A stretch of DNA of 46,002 nucleotides from a candidate division FCPU426 bacterium (GCA_030038835.1 JASHQZ010000153.1:1-46002), one strand, 5' to 3'; positions 8,061 through 17,416 are shown, numbered from the stretch's first letter. Made by a program: numbers and translations. The notes: generated by a model from the letters alone, not told the origin.

Positions 8061-9158
8061 TTGCCTTCCTCCCGCGTGAGGCGCATCGGCATCCTGACCG
8101 GCGGCGGCGACTGCCCCGGCTTGAACGCCGTCATCCGCGCGGTGGTCAAAAACGCCTCCCAAAACAAAGTAGAGGTCGTGGGCGTCCATGACGGTTTCCT
8201 GGGCCTGGTGGAAAAAAACACCCGGCTTTTGGGCGCGGACGACGTTTCCAACATCCTGACCCTGGGGGGCACCATCCTGGGCTCCTCCAACAAGGACAAT
8301 CCCTTCCACCTGATGGAAGAGGACGCGGCGGGGAAGGTCCATTCCCATGACCGAAGCAAGGACATCCAGAAAAACCTTAAAGGCATGGGCATCGAGGCCC
8401 TCGTGGTCCTGGGCGGCGACGGAAGCATGACGGTGGCCCACAAGCTGGCCGTCATGGGCGTCCGCATCATCGGCGTCCCCAAGACCATCGACAATGATTT
8501 GGTGGGCACGGACCAGACCTTCGGCTATGACACGGCGGTTTCCATCGCCACCGAGGCCGTGGACCGCCTCCACACCGTGGCGGCCTCCCACCACCGGGTC
8601 ATCGTCATCGAAGTCATGGGACGTTACGCGGGCTGGCTGGCCCTGGGATCGGGGCTTGCGGGCGGAGGGGACATCATCCTCATCCCGGAAACGCCCTACG
8701 AAGAGAAAAAAGTCGCGGACGCCATTTGGGCCCGCCGTAAAAAGGGGAAGAAAAGCAGCATCATCGTCATCGCCGAGGGAGCCCATCCCAAGGGGGGCCA
8801 AATGGTGGTCGACCGCGTCAACCCCCTCTCGGCGGAAAGAATCCGGCTGGGAGGCATCAGCCGGGAACTGGCCCACCACCTGGAAGCCAAGTCCAGCATT
8901 GAATGCCGGTCCGTCATCCTGGGCCATGTGGTGAGGGGGGGGACGCCCACGGCCTTTGACCGGAACCTGGCCACCCTTTTCGGGGTGCACGCCATGGAAC
9001 TGGTCTTAAAGGGCCGGTTCGGCCGCATGGTGGCCTTGAAAAACACCCGCATATCCTCCGTGCCCTTGGCCCAAGTCGGCGGGAAATGCCGTAAAGTTCC
9101 CCTGAACCATGAGTGGATCAAAGCCGCCCGAAGCATCGGAGTTGAGTTTGGGGTTTGA
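8061..9158 (+). CDS. pfkA: 6-phosphofructokinase, group III type (probably ATP-dependent)
   Basis: TGGGDCPGLN, GGDGS, PKTIDND, EVMGR, LGHVVRGG; Gly104/Lys124-type combination. Confidence 0.96.
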   Translation: MPSSRVRRIGILTGGGDCPGLNAVIRAVVKNASQNKVEVVGVHDGFLGLVEKNTRLLGADDVSNILTLGGTILGSSNKDNPFHLMEEDAAGKVHSHDRSKDIQKNLKGMGIEALVVLGGDGSMTVAHKLAVMGVRIIGVPKTIDNDLVGTDQTFGYDTAVSIATEAVDRLHTVAASHHRVIVIEVMGRYAGWLALGSGLAGGGDIILIPETPYEEKKVADAIWARRKKGKKSSIIVIAEGAHPKGGQMVVDRVNPLSAERIRLGGISRELAHHLEAKSSIECRSVILGHVVRGGTPTAFDRNLATLFGVHAMELVLKGRFGRMVALKNTRISSVPLAQVGGKCRKVPLNHEWIKAARSIGVEFGV

Positions 9159-9162
9159 GGAA

Positions 9163-9639
9163 TTGACCGCAGAAGAACTTATCAAACTCCTCGGCTTAAA
9201 GCCCCATCCCGAAGGCGGCTATTACCGGGAAAGCTATCGAAGCCCCGGAACCATCCCCGGGCTCAACCCGTCCCGCGCCTTCTCGACCGCCATTTATTAC
9301 CTCTTGGTCCCCGGCGCCGTCTCCAAATTACACCGCCTGCGTTCGGATGAACTGTTCCACTTCCATATGGGCCATCCGGTGACTTGGGCCTTACTGGACC
9401 CGGCTGGAAGCGTGAAAAAAATCACTTTGGGACGGGATTTGCGGAACGGGCAACAACTCCAGATGTTGGTTCCGGCCGGAACATGGTTCGGCGGGGGTTT
9501 AAACCCAGGCGGGCATTACGCTTTGATGGCTACCACCGTGGCGCCGGGCTTTGAGTTTGAGGATTTTGAGCTGGGCCGGCGGGAGGAGCTTTTGCGGGCC
9601 TTCCCCCACGCGGAAAAGGAAATCCTGAAACTGACTTGA
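9163..9639 (+). CDS. Cupin_5 (DUF985) family protein
   Basis: LGLKPHPEGGYYRESY, STAIYYLL, HRLRSDELFHF, VAPGFEFEDFEL; start taken as TTG 9163 just after the pfkA stop (the ORF-track start 9109 overlaps pfkA). Confidence 0.92.
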   Translation: MTAEELIKLLGLKPHPEGGYYRESYRSPGTIPGLNPSRAFSTAIYYLLVPGAVSKLHRLRSDELFHFHMGHPVTWALLDPAGSVKKITLGRDLRNGQQLQMLVPAGTWFGGGLNPGGHYALMATTVAPGFEFEDFELGRREELLRAFPHAEKEILKLT

Positions 9640-9704
9640 AACCTTAAAACCGCCCCAATTGTAGTATTAGGAAGCTTCGGATTTTGAGTTCCAAGGAGGA
9701 TGGA

Positions 9705-10121
9705 GTGAAAAAGTTAGCGGCGTTTCTTTTAACGTTGGGTTTCCTGGCGGCTTCCGCGGCCGGATGGGCCGACGACATGGACATGAATCAGGGCGGCAAG
9801 CCCCAGAAAGTGACCCTGACCGGCATCCTGGTGGACGTGGCCTGCTACCTGGATGACGGCGACATCGGGAACGACCACATGGGAATGAAGGGCTGTGGAA
9901 CCCAGTGCCTTAAAGGGGGCAGCCCGGCGGGCCTGCTGGTGGGGAAGAAGCTTTACATCCTGGCCTTCCCGGCGCCGGTTTTCGCCGATTACGTGGGGCA
10001 GCAGGTGGAACTGGCCGGGGACCTCTACGGCACCAGCAACCTGATCCCTACCAAGGCCGCGTCCATCGGCCAGGACGGCAAGAAGACCCCGATCAACATT
10101 AAGGGCAAGGCGATGATGTAA
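9705..10121 (+). CDS. Secreted hypothetical protein with D-x-x-C...H...C-x3-C-x3-G-x-P motif
   Basis: GTG after AAGGAGG; signal peptide KKLAAFLLTLGFLAASAAGWA; motif DVACY...DHMGMKGCGTQCLKGGSP. Confidence 0.8.
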   Translation: MKKLAAFLLTLGFLAASAAGWADDMDMNQGGKPQKVTLTGILVDVACYLDDGDIGNDHMGMKGCGTQCLKGGSPAGLLVGKKLYILAFPAPVFADYVGQQVELAGDLYGTSNLIPTKAASIGQDGKKTPINIKGKAMM

Positions 10122-10172
10122 TCAGGGCGGCCGTCCGTCGCCAGCCCTCAGCTGCCAGCCCAGAAGACAATC

Positions 10173-10217
10173 AAAGCCCCGTGGCGGGACTTCCCGAGAC
10201 AGGGCTTTTTTATTTTC
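10173..10217 (+). terminator. Intrinsic terminator
   Basis: AAAGCCC...CGGGA-CT-TCCCG...GGGCTTT stem followed by a T run. Confidence 0.75.
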
Positions 10218-10239
10218 AGCCCTAAAAAGCGACTGTAGA

Positions 10240-11094
10240 ATGCCCCGCATGATGCGAGAACCCAAGACGCCGCGCGAATACCATGTCCGGGCCGCCCTTG
10301 CCATGGCCCAAGTCGCCGCCATTGAGGGCGGCAAGAAAGCGTTGAAGTATTTCCGGAAAAAAGTGCCGGTCATTAAAAAAATCGACCGTTCTCCCGTTAC
10401 CCGGGCCGACCGCGAAGCGGAACAAGTCATCCGAAAATTGCTCCAAAAAGCCTTCCCCGACCACCAGTTGTGCGGGGAGGAATTCGGTTGGGATGAAAGA
10501 AAAAAATCCGACTTTAAGTGGTGGATTGACCCGGTGGACGGCACCCGTCAGTTCATCCGGGGCATTCCGCTCTGGGGAACTTTAATCGCATTGGAGTACA
10601 AGGGCGAAGTCGTGGCGGGGGTCATTCACCACCCGGCGATCGGGCTGACCCTTTCCGCGGCTGAAGGTTTCGGGTGTTTTCGCAACGGGCCCCGAAGATA
10701 CGATGAAACGCGGGTTTCTGTTTCTAAAATTCCAAACCTGAAGGGCGGAACCCTCACTTACGGGGGTCTGCGCCTGACCCCCCTTTCCTACCGGAAAAAA
10801 CTGACGGACTTGATCGCCACCTGTTACGACGACCGGGGTTTTGGGGATTGTTTCGGCCACTCGCTGGTCATCCAGGGCATGGTCGAAGCCATGCTGGACC
10901 CGGTGGTAAAACCCTACGACGTGGCGGCCATCAAGATCTGCGTGGAGGAAGCCGGGGGACGGTTTACGGACCTGAAAGGCCGGGATTCGGTTTACGGCGG
11001 GAACGCTTTATCCAGCAACGGCCTGGTCCATTCGCAAGTTCTCAAGGCCATCCGTTCAAAAGACTCATATAATGATTCTAAACTGAAGGCTTAA
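10240..11094 (+). CDS. hisN: Inositol monophosphatase-family protein, probable histidinol-phosphatase
   Basis: SPVTRADREAE, GEEFG, WIDPVDGTRQFIRGIPLWGTLIAL, RGFGD, PYDVAA...EEAGGRFTD. Confidence 0.85.
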   Translation: MPRMMREPKTPREYHVRAALAMAQVAAIEGGKKALKYFRKKVPVIKKIDRSPVTRADREAEQVIRKLLQKAFPDHQLCGEEFGWDERKKSDFKWWIDPVDGTRQFIRGIPLWGTLIALEYKGEVVAGVIHHPAIGLTLSAAEGFGCFRNGPRRYDETRVSVSKIPNLKGGTLTYGGLRLTPLSYRKKLTDLIATCYDDRGFGDCFGHSLVIQGMVEAMLDPVVKPYDVAAIKICVEEAGGRFTDLKGRDSVYGGNALSSNGLVHSQVLKAIRSKDSYNDSKLKA

Positions 11095-11138
11095 AAACCC
11101 CCACAACGCGGAACCCAAAAATTTTGGAGGCGTTCTCC

Positions 11139-11405
11139 ATGGGCAATTGGCACGACGCTCACGGCCTCATCGGAATTCTCCTGGTCGGCATATTGACGGG
11201 ATGGCTGGCCAGCAAGCTCGTCCAAGGCAAGGGGATGGGAATCCTCCCCGACATGGTGGTGGGCATCCTGGGCGCCCTTTTGGGAGGTTTTCTCGCCCAT
11301 TTTTTCCACATCCCCATGGACAACTGGCTGGAAACCTTCGGGGTTTACGTCCTGGGGTCGGTGGTGCTGCTAGTTGGCATCCGTCTTTTAAAATCCTCCA
11401 ACTAG
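11139..11405 (+). CDS. GlsB/YeaQ/YmgE (transglycosylase-associated) membrane protein
   Basis: GILTGWLAS...GMG...VVGILGALLGGFL pattern; ATG after GGAGG. Confidence 0.9.
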   Translation: MGNWHDAHGLIGILLVGILTGWLASKLVQGKGMGILPDMVVGILGALLGGFLAHFFHIPMDNWLETFGVYVLGSVVLLVGIRLLKSSN

Positions 11406-11412
11406 GAATCCC

Positions 11413-12162
11413 ATGATCCACAAGAAAAAGGTCATCGTCGTGATGCCGGCCTATAACGCGGCAAAGACCCTCAAGAAAACCTATGACGAGATCCCCAAAG
11501 ACATCGTGGATGAAATCATCCTGGTGGACGACGCCAGCCGGGATGAAACGGCCCAACTGGCGAAGAAACTGAAAATAAAGACCTTCGTCCATCCCCGGAA
11601 CAGGGGGTACGGCGGCAACCAAAAGACCTGTTACGCCGCGGCTTTGAAGCGAAAAGCCGATATCGTGATCATGCTGCATCCGGATTACCAGTACACTCCC
11701 AAACTGGTTCCCGCCATGGCTTATATGCTGGCCTCGGGCGAATACGACGTGGTGCTGGGCTCGCGCATTTTGGGCGGACAGGCCCTGAAAGGCGGCATGC
11801 CGCCTTACAAATATATCAGCAACCGCTTCCTCACTTTCACCCAAAACATCCTCATGGGGGCCAAACTTTCCGAATACCACACGGGATACCGGGCCTTTAC
11901 CCGGAAGGTCCTGGAATCCATTCCCATGGAGAAAAATTCCGACGACTTCATCTTCGATAACCAGATGCTCTCACAGATCCACTATTTGGGTTTCCGCATC
12001 GCCGAGGTTACCTGCCCGGCCAAGTATTTCGCCGAGGCGTCCTCCATCAATTTCGTGCGCAGCACGAAATACGGTTTAGGGTGCCTTTGGACCGCCCTGC
12101 AGTTTCGCCTCAGCAAAATGGGGTTTAAATTCGGCCTCTTTAACTTCGATTCAAAACGGTAG
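11413..12162 (+). CDS. Glycosyltransferase family 2 (DPM-synthase-like)
   Basis: VMPAYNA, LVDDASRD, NRGYGGNQK, MLHPDYQY, LSEYHTGYRAF. Confidence 0.95.
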   Translation: MIHKKKVIVVMPAYNAAKTLKKTYDEIPKDIVDEIILVDDASRDETAQLAKKLKIKTFVHPRNRGYGGNQKTCYAAALKRKADIVIMLHPDYQYTPKLVPAMAYMLASGEYDVVLGSRILGGQALKGGMPPYKYISNRFLTFTQNILMGAKLSEYHTGYRAFTRKVLESIPMEKNSDDFIFDNQMLSQIHYLGFRIAEVTCPAKYFAEASSINFVRSTKYGLGCLWTALQFRLSKMGFKFGLFNFDSKR

Positions 12163-12230
12163 GGGCGCGTGGCCGTGCATGCCGGGAGCCCCTGGCCCGA
12201 AGCGGACAGCCGATGTTGGGGGAGCTGGAT

Positions 12231-13718
12231 ATGTCCAAATTGATCCTCGCCATTGACCAGGGAACAACGGGCACCCGGACCTACCTTTTCGACCATTCGG
12301 GCAAGGTCGCGGGGAGCGCCTACCAGGAATTCACCCAATATTTCCCCAAGCCGGGCTGGGTGGAGCACGACGCCGACGAGATATGGCGGACGGCCGATGT
12401 AACCGGGCGGAAGGCCTTGAAATCGGCCGGAGCAAAGCCTTCCCAAGTCGCGGCCATCGGCATCACCAACCAACGTGAAACAACGGTTATTTGGGACCGA
12501 AAGACCGGGAAACCCCTCCACCACGCCATTGTCTGGCAATGCCGAAGGACGGCCCACCGCTGCGACCAGCTCAAGGCCCAGGGCAGGGAAAAGCTGTTTT
12601 TAAGCAAGACCGGCCTGGTCATTGATGCTTATTTTTCCGGCACCAAGGTGGAGTGGCTGCTGCAAAACGTGCCTGGCGCCGCCCGGAAAGCGGCCAGGGG
12701 CGAACTGGCTTTCGGAACCATCGACACCTGGCTTTTATGGAAGCTTACCGGAGGCCGCTTCCATGCCACGGATTATTCCAACGCCTCCCGCACCCTTCTT
12801 TTTAATATCCGCGCCAAGCAATGGGATTCCCGGCTATTAAAAATCCTTCATGTGCCCGCTTCGCTTTTGCCCAAGGTCCAGGCCTCCGCCAGCCGGTTCG
12901 GAGTCACCTCCGGCCGCAGCTACCTTGGCGAAGGCATCCCCATTACGGGCATCGCGGGGGACCAACAGGCCGCCCTTTTTGGCCAAGGATGCCATGAGCC
13001 TGGAACCTTGAAGAATACTTATGGAACAGGTTGCTTCCTCCTCTTGAACCTGGGGAAGAAACACCTTCTTTCGAAGAACAAACTTTTAACCACCCTGGCT
13101 TGTGACGGGAAGGGCCAGCCGGTTTACGCCCTGGAGGGGGCGGTCTTCATCGGAGGCGCGGCCATCCAATGGGTCCGGGACGGATTACAACTCATCCAAA
13201 CCTCACCCGAATCCGAGGAGCTGGCCAAGAAGGTACCGGACACGGGCGGAGTTTACTTGGTGCCGGCCTTTGTCGGATTGGGCGCGCCCTATTGGGACGC
13301 GCACGCAAGGGGGGCCTTGGTTGGGCTGACCCGAGGAACCCAAAAAGAACACGTGGTCCGGGCCGCCTTGGAATCCCTGGCTTATCAAACCCGCGATGTG
13401 GCGGATGCCATGATGAGGGATTCCCGGTTGAAGTTGAAGGAACTTCGCGTGGACGGCGGCGCCTGCAAGAACAACCTGCTCATGCAGTTCCAGGCGGATA
13501 TCCTCAACGTGAAAATCAACCGGCCCCAAGTGGTGGAAACCACGGCCATGGGAGCGGCTTTCCTGGCCGGATTGCAAGCAGGCTATTGGAAGGACAGCGG
13601 CGAAATCCAAAAGATCCGCAGGACGGATGAAATTTTCAAACCCCATATGCGGGAAGCCGATCGCCGCCGGTTATGGGGCGGATGGAAAACAGCCGTTCGA
13701 CAAGTCCTGACAACCTGA
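12231..13718 (+). CDS. glpK: Glycerol kinase
   Basis: IDQGTTGTR, ITNQRET, YFSGTK, GDQQAALFGQ, KNTYGTG, LRVDGG; ATG 12231 after GGGAG. Confidence 0.98.
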   Translation: MSKLILAIDQGTTGTRTYLFDHSGKVAGSAYQEFTQYFPKPGWVEHDADEIWRTADVTGRKALKSAGAKPSQVAAIGITNQRETTVIWDRKTGKPLHHAIVWQCRRTAHRCDQLKAQGREKLFLSKTGLVIDAYFSGTKVEWLLQNVPGAARKAARGELAFGTIDTWLLWKLTGGRFHATDYSNASRTLLFNIRAKQWDSRLLKILHVPASLLPKVQASASRFGVTSGRSYLGEGIPITGIAGDQQAALFGQGCHEPGTLKNTYGTGCFLLLNLGKKHLLSKNKLLTTLACDGKGQPVYALEGAVFIGGAAIQWVRDGLQLIQTSPESEELAKKVPDTGGVYLVPAFVGLGAPYWDAHARGALVGLTRGTQKEHVVRAALESLAYQTRDVADAMMRDSRLKLKELRVDGGACKNNLLMQFQADILNVKINRPQVVETTAMGAAFLAGLQAGYWKDSGEIQKIRRTDEIFKPHMREADRRRLWGGWKTAVRQVLTT

Positions 13719-13727
13719 TCCGGGAAC

Positions 13728-14279
13728 TTATTTTCCAAGCGCGTTTTTAACCGCCGTTAAAATTTCATTCTCCTCAACCGTCGTCGGCCGCACATCCACC
13801 AAGGTTTTTCCCGCCACCACTTGCGGGCTTATCGCGTCCGCCTCCACCAGCGTTTCCTTCGCGCCCTGCGGAATCAGGTGCACTTGAAAATCCGCGATGA
13901 ACTCCAAGGGCGTCTCCCAGAAATCCGTATAGACTTCCGACTTGCAAACCGGGTTGCGGTTGCAGCTGATGTACACATCGTTTTCGTTCACGGGATTCTT
14001 GAAAATTTTAATTTCGGCGGGATGCCGGTCGCCCTTCCAATACAAAGTAAATGTCGGGGGAAAATTCGGGGATTTTTGAAAAATGCCCTGCGGATTTCCT
14101 TTAAAGACTTGATTGAGGGCCTTTTGGACCTTGTAAACCGACCCCTTGAGGACCATCTGGGTGGGGCAGGGCTGTGGAAGAGGATGGGTGATCACCCTGG
14201 GCCTCCAGCAACCCATCAGCCCTAAAACTGCTAAAAAAGCCCAAAATTTCAAGGCTTTTTTCACTTTTTGAACTTTCAA
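13728..14279 (-). CDS. Hypothetical lipoprotein
   Basis: Basic N-terminus, hydrophobic stretch and LMG-C lipobox; fills the gap between glpK and the mraZ promoter. Confidence 0.7.
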   Translation of the reverse strand: MKVQKVKKALKFWAFLAVLGLMGCWRPRVITHPLPQPCPTQMVLKGSVYKVQKALNQVFKGNPQGIFQKSPNFPPTFTLYWKGDRHPAEIKIFKNPVNENDVYISCNRNPVCKSEVYTDFWETPLEFIADFQVHLIPQGAKETLVEADAISPQVVAGKTLVDVRPTTVEENEILTAVKNALGK

Positions 14280-14381
14280 TCCTTAACGCTCCATTAAAAA
14301 AACCTTCCAACTTGCCCCATCTTACACCGTCTTGACGTTTCAGTAGCCATGTAAAATCCGCTATTTTTCAGCAAAATCCGC

Positions 14382-14445
14382 TTGACGGGGTCAAAAAGTG
14401 GAACAATAATGGCGCGAAGTGGGGGATAGTGGTAAAAAGTGGGGA
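14382..14445 (+). promoter_or_regulatory. dcw promoter with MraZ-binding direct repeats
   Basis: TTGACG-N17-AATAAT; GTGG cores at 14419, 14429 and 14439 (10-nt period), plus ATGG 14409 and GTGG 14398. Confidence 0.85.
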
Positions 14446-14486
14446 AATTTTAAAATATCCTTATTTTTCAAGGCTTTGGAGGCCTC

Positions 14487-14945
14487 GTGTTCCGAGGGAT
14501 CTTTCACAACTCAGTGGACGACAAGGGGCGCACGAGCATTCCGGCGCGGTTCCGCGAACAAATCCGTGACGGACACGAAACGCCGCTGGTTTTGACCTTG
14601 GGTTTCGACCAATGCCTTTTCCTCTACCCCATGGATGCCTGGAAAAAGATCGAGGAGAAGCTGGCCGCCTTGGACACCTTGAACTCGGAAGTCCGCCAGT
14701 TCCAACGCACGATTTTGAAGGCCACCGATGAGGTGGAGATGGACCAGCAGGGACGCATTGTGATTTCGCCGGTTTTGCGGAAAGAAGCTGGCATCCACAA
14801 GAGCGTGGTGATCGTGGGGATGCTCCACCGCATCGAAATCTGGGACAAGGAGAAATACGAGAACTACCACGCCCAGACGACGCAATCGCTTGAACTTTTG
14901 GGCCAGAAGCTCTCTGACAAGGGCATTCAATCGCTGACGCTTTAA
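14487..14945 (+). CDS. mraZ: Division/cell-wall cluster transcriptional repressor MraZ
   Basis: MFRG start, two DxxGR motifs (DDKGR, DQQGR), RIEIWD. Confidence 0.97.
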   Translation: MFRGIFHNSVDDKGRTSIPARFREQIRDGHETPLVLTLGFDQCLFLYPMDAWKKIEEKLAALDTLNSEVRQFQRTILKATDEVEMDQQGRIVISPVLRKEAGIHKSVVIVGMLHRIEIWDKEKYENYHAQTTQSLELLGQKLSDKGIQSLTL

Positions 14946-15010
14946 CAAGGGCCGGTAGGCGACCCTGAAAGGCGCCTCCCCGGTCCCAGGCTTCTTGGGA
15001 GGGTGAAGAG

Positions 15011-15364
15011 ATGGAAATCGGAATCGAGATCAAGGAAAGGTTCTCCTTGGTCCACGTGAACGGCGATTTGAGCGAAGGCGACCTGGGGAAACTGGGCAAC
15101 GCGATCGAAACCTTGATGAAGAAGGGCTACTTGCACGTGGTTTTGGACTTGACCGGCGTTCCTTACATGAACGCCAAAGGGTTGGGGGCCCTGGTCAACC
15201 ATTGGACCCGCGTGCGCTTCAAGAGGGGGGATCTCCGCATTGTCGGCCTCAATAGCCGCCTCCTGCACCTGTTTAGGGTCATGGGCGTGGACGTCCTTTT
15301 TGACATCTACCAGGATGTCCACGAAATGATGGAGAAGACGGGACGGCTTCCCGCGATCGCATGA
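15011..15364 (+). CDS. STAS-domain (anti-sigma-factor-antagonist-like) protein 1
   Basis: VHVNGDL...VVLDLTGVPYMNAKGLGALV...RGDLRIVGL...LFRVMGVD; GGAGGG RBS. Confidence 0.9.
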   Translation: MEIGIEIKERFSLVHVNGDLSEGDLGKLGNAIETLMKKGYLHVVLDLTGVPYMNAKGLGALVNHWTRVRFKRGDLRIVGLNSRLLHLFRVMGVDVLFDIYQDVHEMMEKTGRLPAIA

Positions 15365-15463
15365 AGAAAATTTCGCACTCATTTCCATACCTCGGGCGAA
15401 GCCCGATTTAAAAGGGTAAATGGGGGAAAAACCAACAACTGCCAAAGTGGTTTGGAGGGGAAA

Positions 15464-15799
15464 TTGGCCGTTTATACGACGAACGAAACCATTACCGTGC
15501 TGCGCCTTTCGGGCGACATCGGCGTTTCCGACATGGAGGCGCTTCTGCGCAAGATGACGGACCTGGTCTTGGGGAACAAGAACAAGGCGGTCCTGAACTT
15601 CCGACAGGTGAAGCACATCTCCCTTAACGCCATCTCCAAGCTGGCCGAGCGCAACCAGCGTTTCCGGGCCTTGGGCGGGGAGGTCAAATTGGCCGGGCTG
15701 ACTCCCTACGTCGCCAACCTGTTCAAGCTCGTCGGGGCCTATTCGGGCTTTGATGTGGTCCTGGATGAGGAAGAAGCCGTCGCCCGCTTTGAAAGCTGA
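15464..15799 (+). CDS. STAS-domain protein 2
   Basis: LRLSGDI...VLNFRQVKHISLNAI...GGEVKLAGLTPYVANLFKLVG...EEEAVARF; TTG 15464 after GGAGG; stop overlaps the rsmH start. Confidence 0.9.
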   Translation: MAVYTTNETITVLRLSGDIGVSDMEALLRKMTDLVLGNKNKAVLNFRQVKHISLNAISKLAERNQRFRALGGEVKLAGLTPYVANLFKLVGAYSGFDVVLDEEEAVARFES

Positions 15800-16766
15800 G
15801 CAAACCCATATACCGGTCCTCTTAAAGGAAACGGTGGAATGGTTGTCCCCGCCTCCCGACGGGGTAGTGCTGGATATGACGGTCGGGATGGGCGGCCACG
15901 CGCAGGAGCTTTTGAAATCCCTTCCGCGGGGCCGCCTGGTTGGGTTGGACCAGGATGCCGATGCCCTTCAACACGCTGGCCGAGCACTCAGGAAGGACCC
16001 CCGGGTCTCCCTGTTCAAGGCTAACTTCGCCGACATCCTGTGGGTGCTAAAAGACCTTTCGATCAGCGAGGTTGACAGCGTGTTGATGGATATTGGCGTA
16101 TCCTCCCTTCAATTGGACACGGCCGGGCGCGGCTTTTCATTCGGCCTGGACGGCCCCCTGGACATGCGCATGGACATCCATTCGGGCCACACGGCCGCTT
16201 GGGTCGTGAACACCTACCCGGAAGGGAAGCTTTCCAAAGTCATCTTCGAGTACGGCGAGGAACCCAAGGCGCGCGCCCTGGCCCGGGCCATCGTGAGGGC
16301 CCGGGAGCAAAAGCATTTGGAAACCACCGGGGAACTGGCCGCGCTGGCCTTGCGAGTCTTGGGCAAACCCCGCCCCAAGCGGGGGGAGCCGTCCCGGCAC
16401 CCCGCCACCCGGCTTTTCCAGGCCCTCCGTATCGAGGTCAACCGCGAGCTGGAAGTACTGGAAAAGGGCTTGAAAGCGGCCCTTTACTTCTTAAAACCGG
16501 GCGGCCGGATCGCCGCCATTACCTTTCATTCGCTGGAAGACCGCATCGTCAAACAGTTCTTCAAAACCGAGGCCATGGACTGCCTCTGCCCGCCCGATAT
16601 CCCCCAATGCGTTTGCGGACACAAGGCCTCTCTGCGGATCCTGACCGGCAAGCCCGTGACGGCCTCCGAAGAGGAGGTCCGCCAAAACCCCCGGTCCCGA
16701 AGCGCGAAGCTCCGGGCCGCGGAAAAACTGCGGCCATCGGTCGTTAGCCCTCCATCCTCGGTTTGA
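15789..16766 (+). CDS. rsmH: 16S rRNA m4C1402 methyltransferase RsmH
   Basis: HIPVLL, DMTVGMGGH, DIGVSSLQLD, RGFSF, PLDMRMD, FHSLEDRIVK, NPRSRSAKLR; start uncertain (TTG 15789 or ATG 15765). Confidence 0.97.
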   Translation: MKAEQTHIPVLLKETVEWLSPPPDGVVLDMTVGMGGHAQELLKSLPRGRLVGLDQDADALQHAGRALRKDPRVSLFKANFADILWVLKDLSISEVDSVLMDIGVSSLQLDTAGRGFSFGLDGPLDMRMDIHSGHTAAWVVNTYPEGKLSKVIFEYGEEPKARALARAIVRAREQKHLETTGELAALALRVLGKPRPKRGEPSRHPATRLFQALRIEVNRELEVLEKGLKAALYFLKPGGRIAAITFHSLEDRIVKQFFKTEAMDCLCPPDIPQCVCGHKASLRILTGKPVTASEEEVRQNPRSRSAKLRAAEKLRPSVVSPPSSV

Positions 16767-16783
16767 AAGGGAACGGTCAAACC

Positions 16784-17215
16784 ATGCAGTCGACAGGCAC
16801 GATCAACATCGGGATGAAGAAGGCCGGGGAGATCCTCGACGCGGGCCTTTTCTGGCGCGGCAACCTGGCCAAGGCTGTCAAACGGCGCGATTTCAGGGGC
16901 ACGCTGGGGGGGGTCCTGGCCCTGAGCCTTTTCCTTTTTTTTTACGTCTGGCAGCACATGCAGGCGGTCAAGCTGGGTTACGAGGTACAGGAGCTGAAAA
17001 TGGAGAAACAGGAATTGACCAACCAATATTACTACCTCAAGTTCCAAATGTACGACGTGAACAGCCTCACGCGGGTGGAAAAAGTGGCAAGGGACCAGTT
17101 GGGGATGGTGACGCCCCGGGCGGACCAAATCGTCATTTTGGACGATGGGACCTCCTTTTATCCGCGATGGTTCTCCTTTTGGACCAGCGCGATGAAAAAA
17201 ACGGATGCCAAGTGA
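16784..17215 (+). CDS. ftsL: Cell division protein FtsL
   Basis: Lies between rsmH and ftsI; single TM, coiled coil, RVEKVARDQLGMVTP; start uncertain (16763, 16784 or 16814). Confidence 0.88.
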   Translation: MQSTGTINIGMKKAGEILDAGLFWRGNLAKAVKRRDFRGTLGGVLALSLFLFFYVWQHMQAVKLGYEVQELKMEKQELTNQYYYLKFQMYDVNSLTRVEKVARDQLGMVTPRADQIVILDDGTSFYPRWFSFWTSAMKKTDAK

Positions 17216-17216
17216 G

Positions 17217-17372
17217 CCGCCGATGAACGCGGAGAAGCCCCACAAGATTAAACAAAAGGAAATTCGGCCACGGACGCGTGGGAGGAATGGGGCCGGCCCA
17301 AACCCAAAGGCGGGCCAACCTGCTTATTCTTTTCGCCCCCCTCCATCCCCTGGATCCCCTTCACCTGTGGCC
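17217..17372. repeat. Degenerate short-period inverted-repeat element between ftsL and ftsI
   Basis: CCGCCGATGAACGCGGA at the left edge; GGCCACGG (17266) pairs with CTGTGGCC (17365); ATCCCCT repeated at a 9-nt period. Confidence 0.45.
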
Positions 17373-17416
17373 CAACCCTTTTTTGATTTGGAATCGGCTG
17401 TTGCTTCGGAGTCCCT

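Noticed and set aside
12159-12195. GTAG-type REP-like fragments here (GTAGGGGCG) and at 14955-14980
   Set aside because: Short and degenerate, and no REP-associated transposase is in the window; cannot be confirmed without genome-wide counts.
15418-15450. MraZ-box-like AAAGTGG before STAS2
   Set aside because: A single copy without 10-nt phasing.
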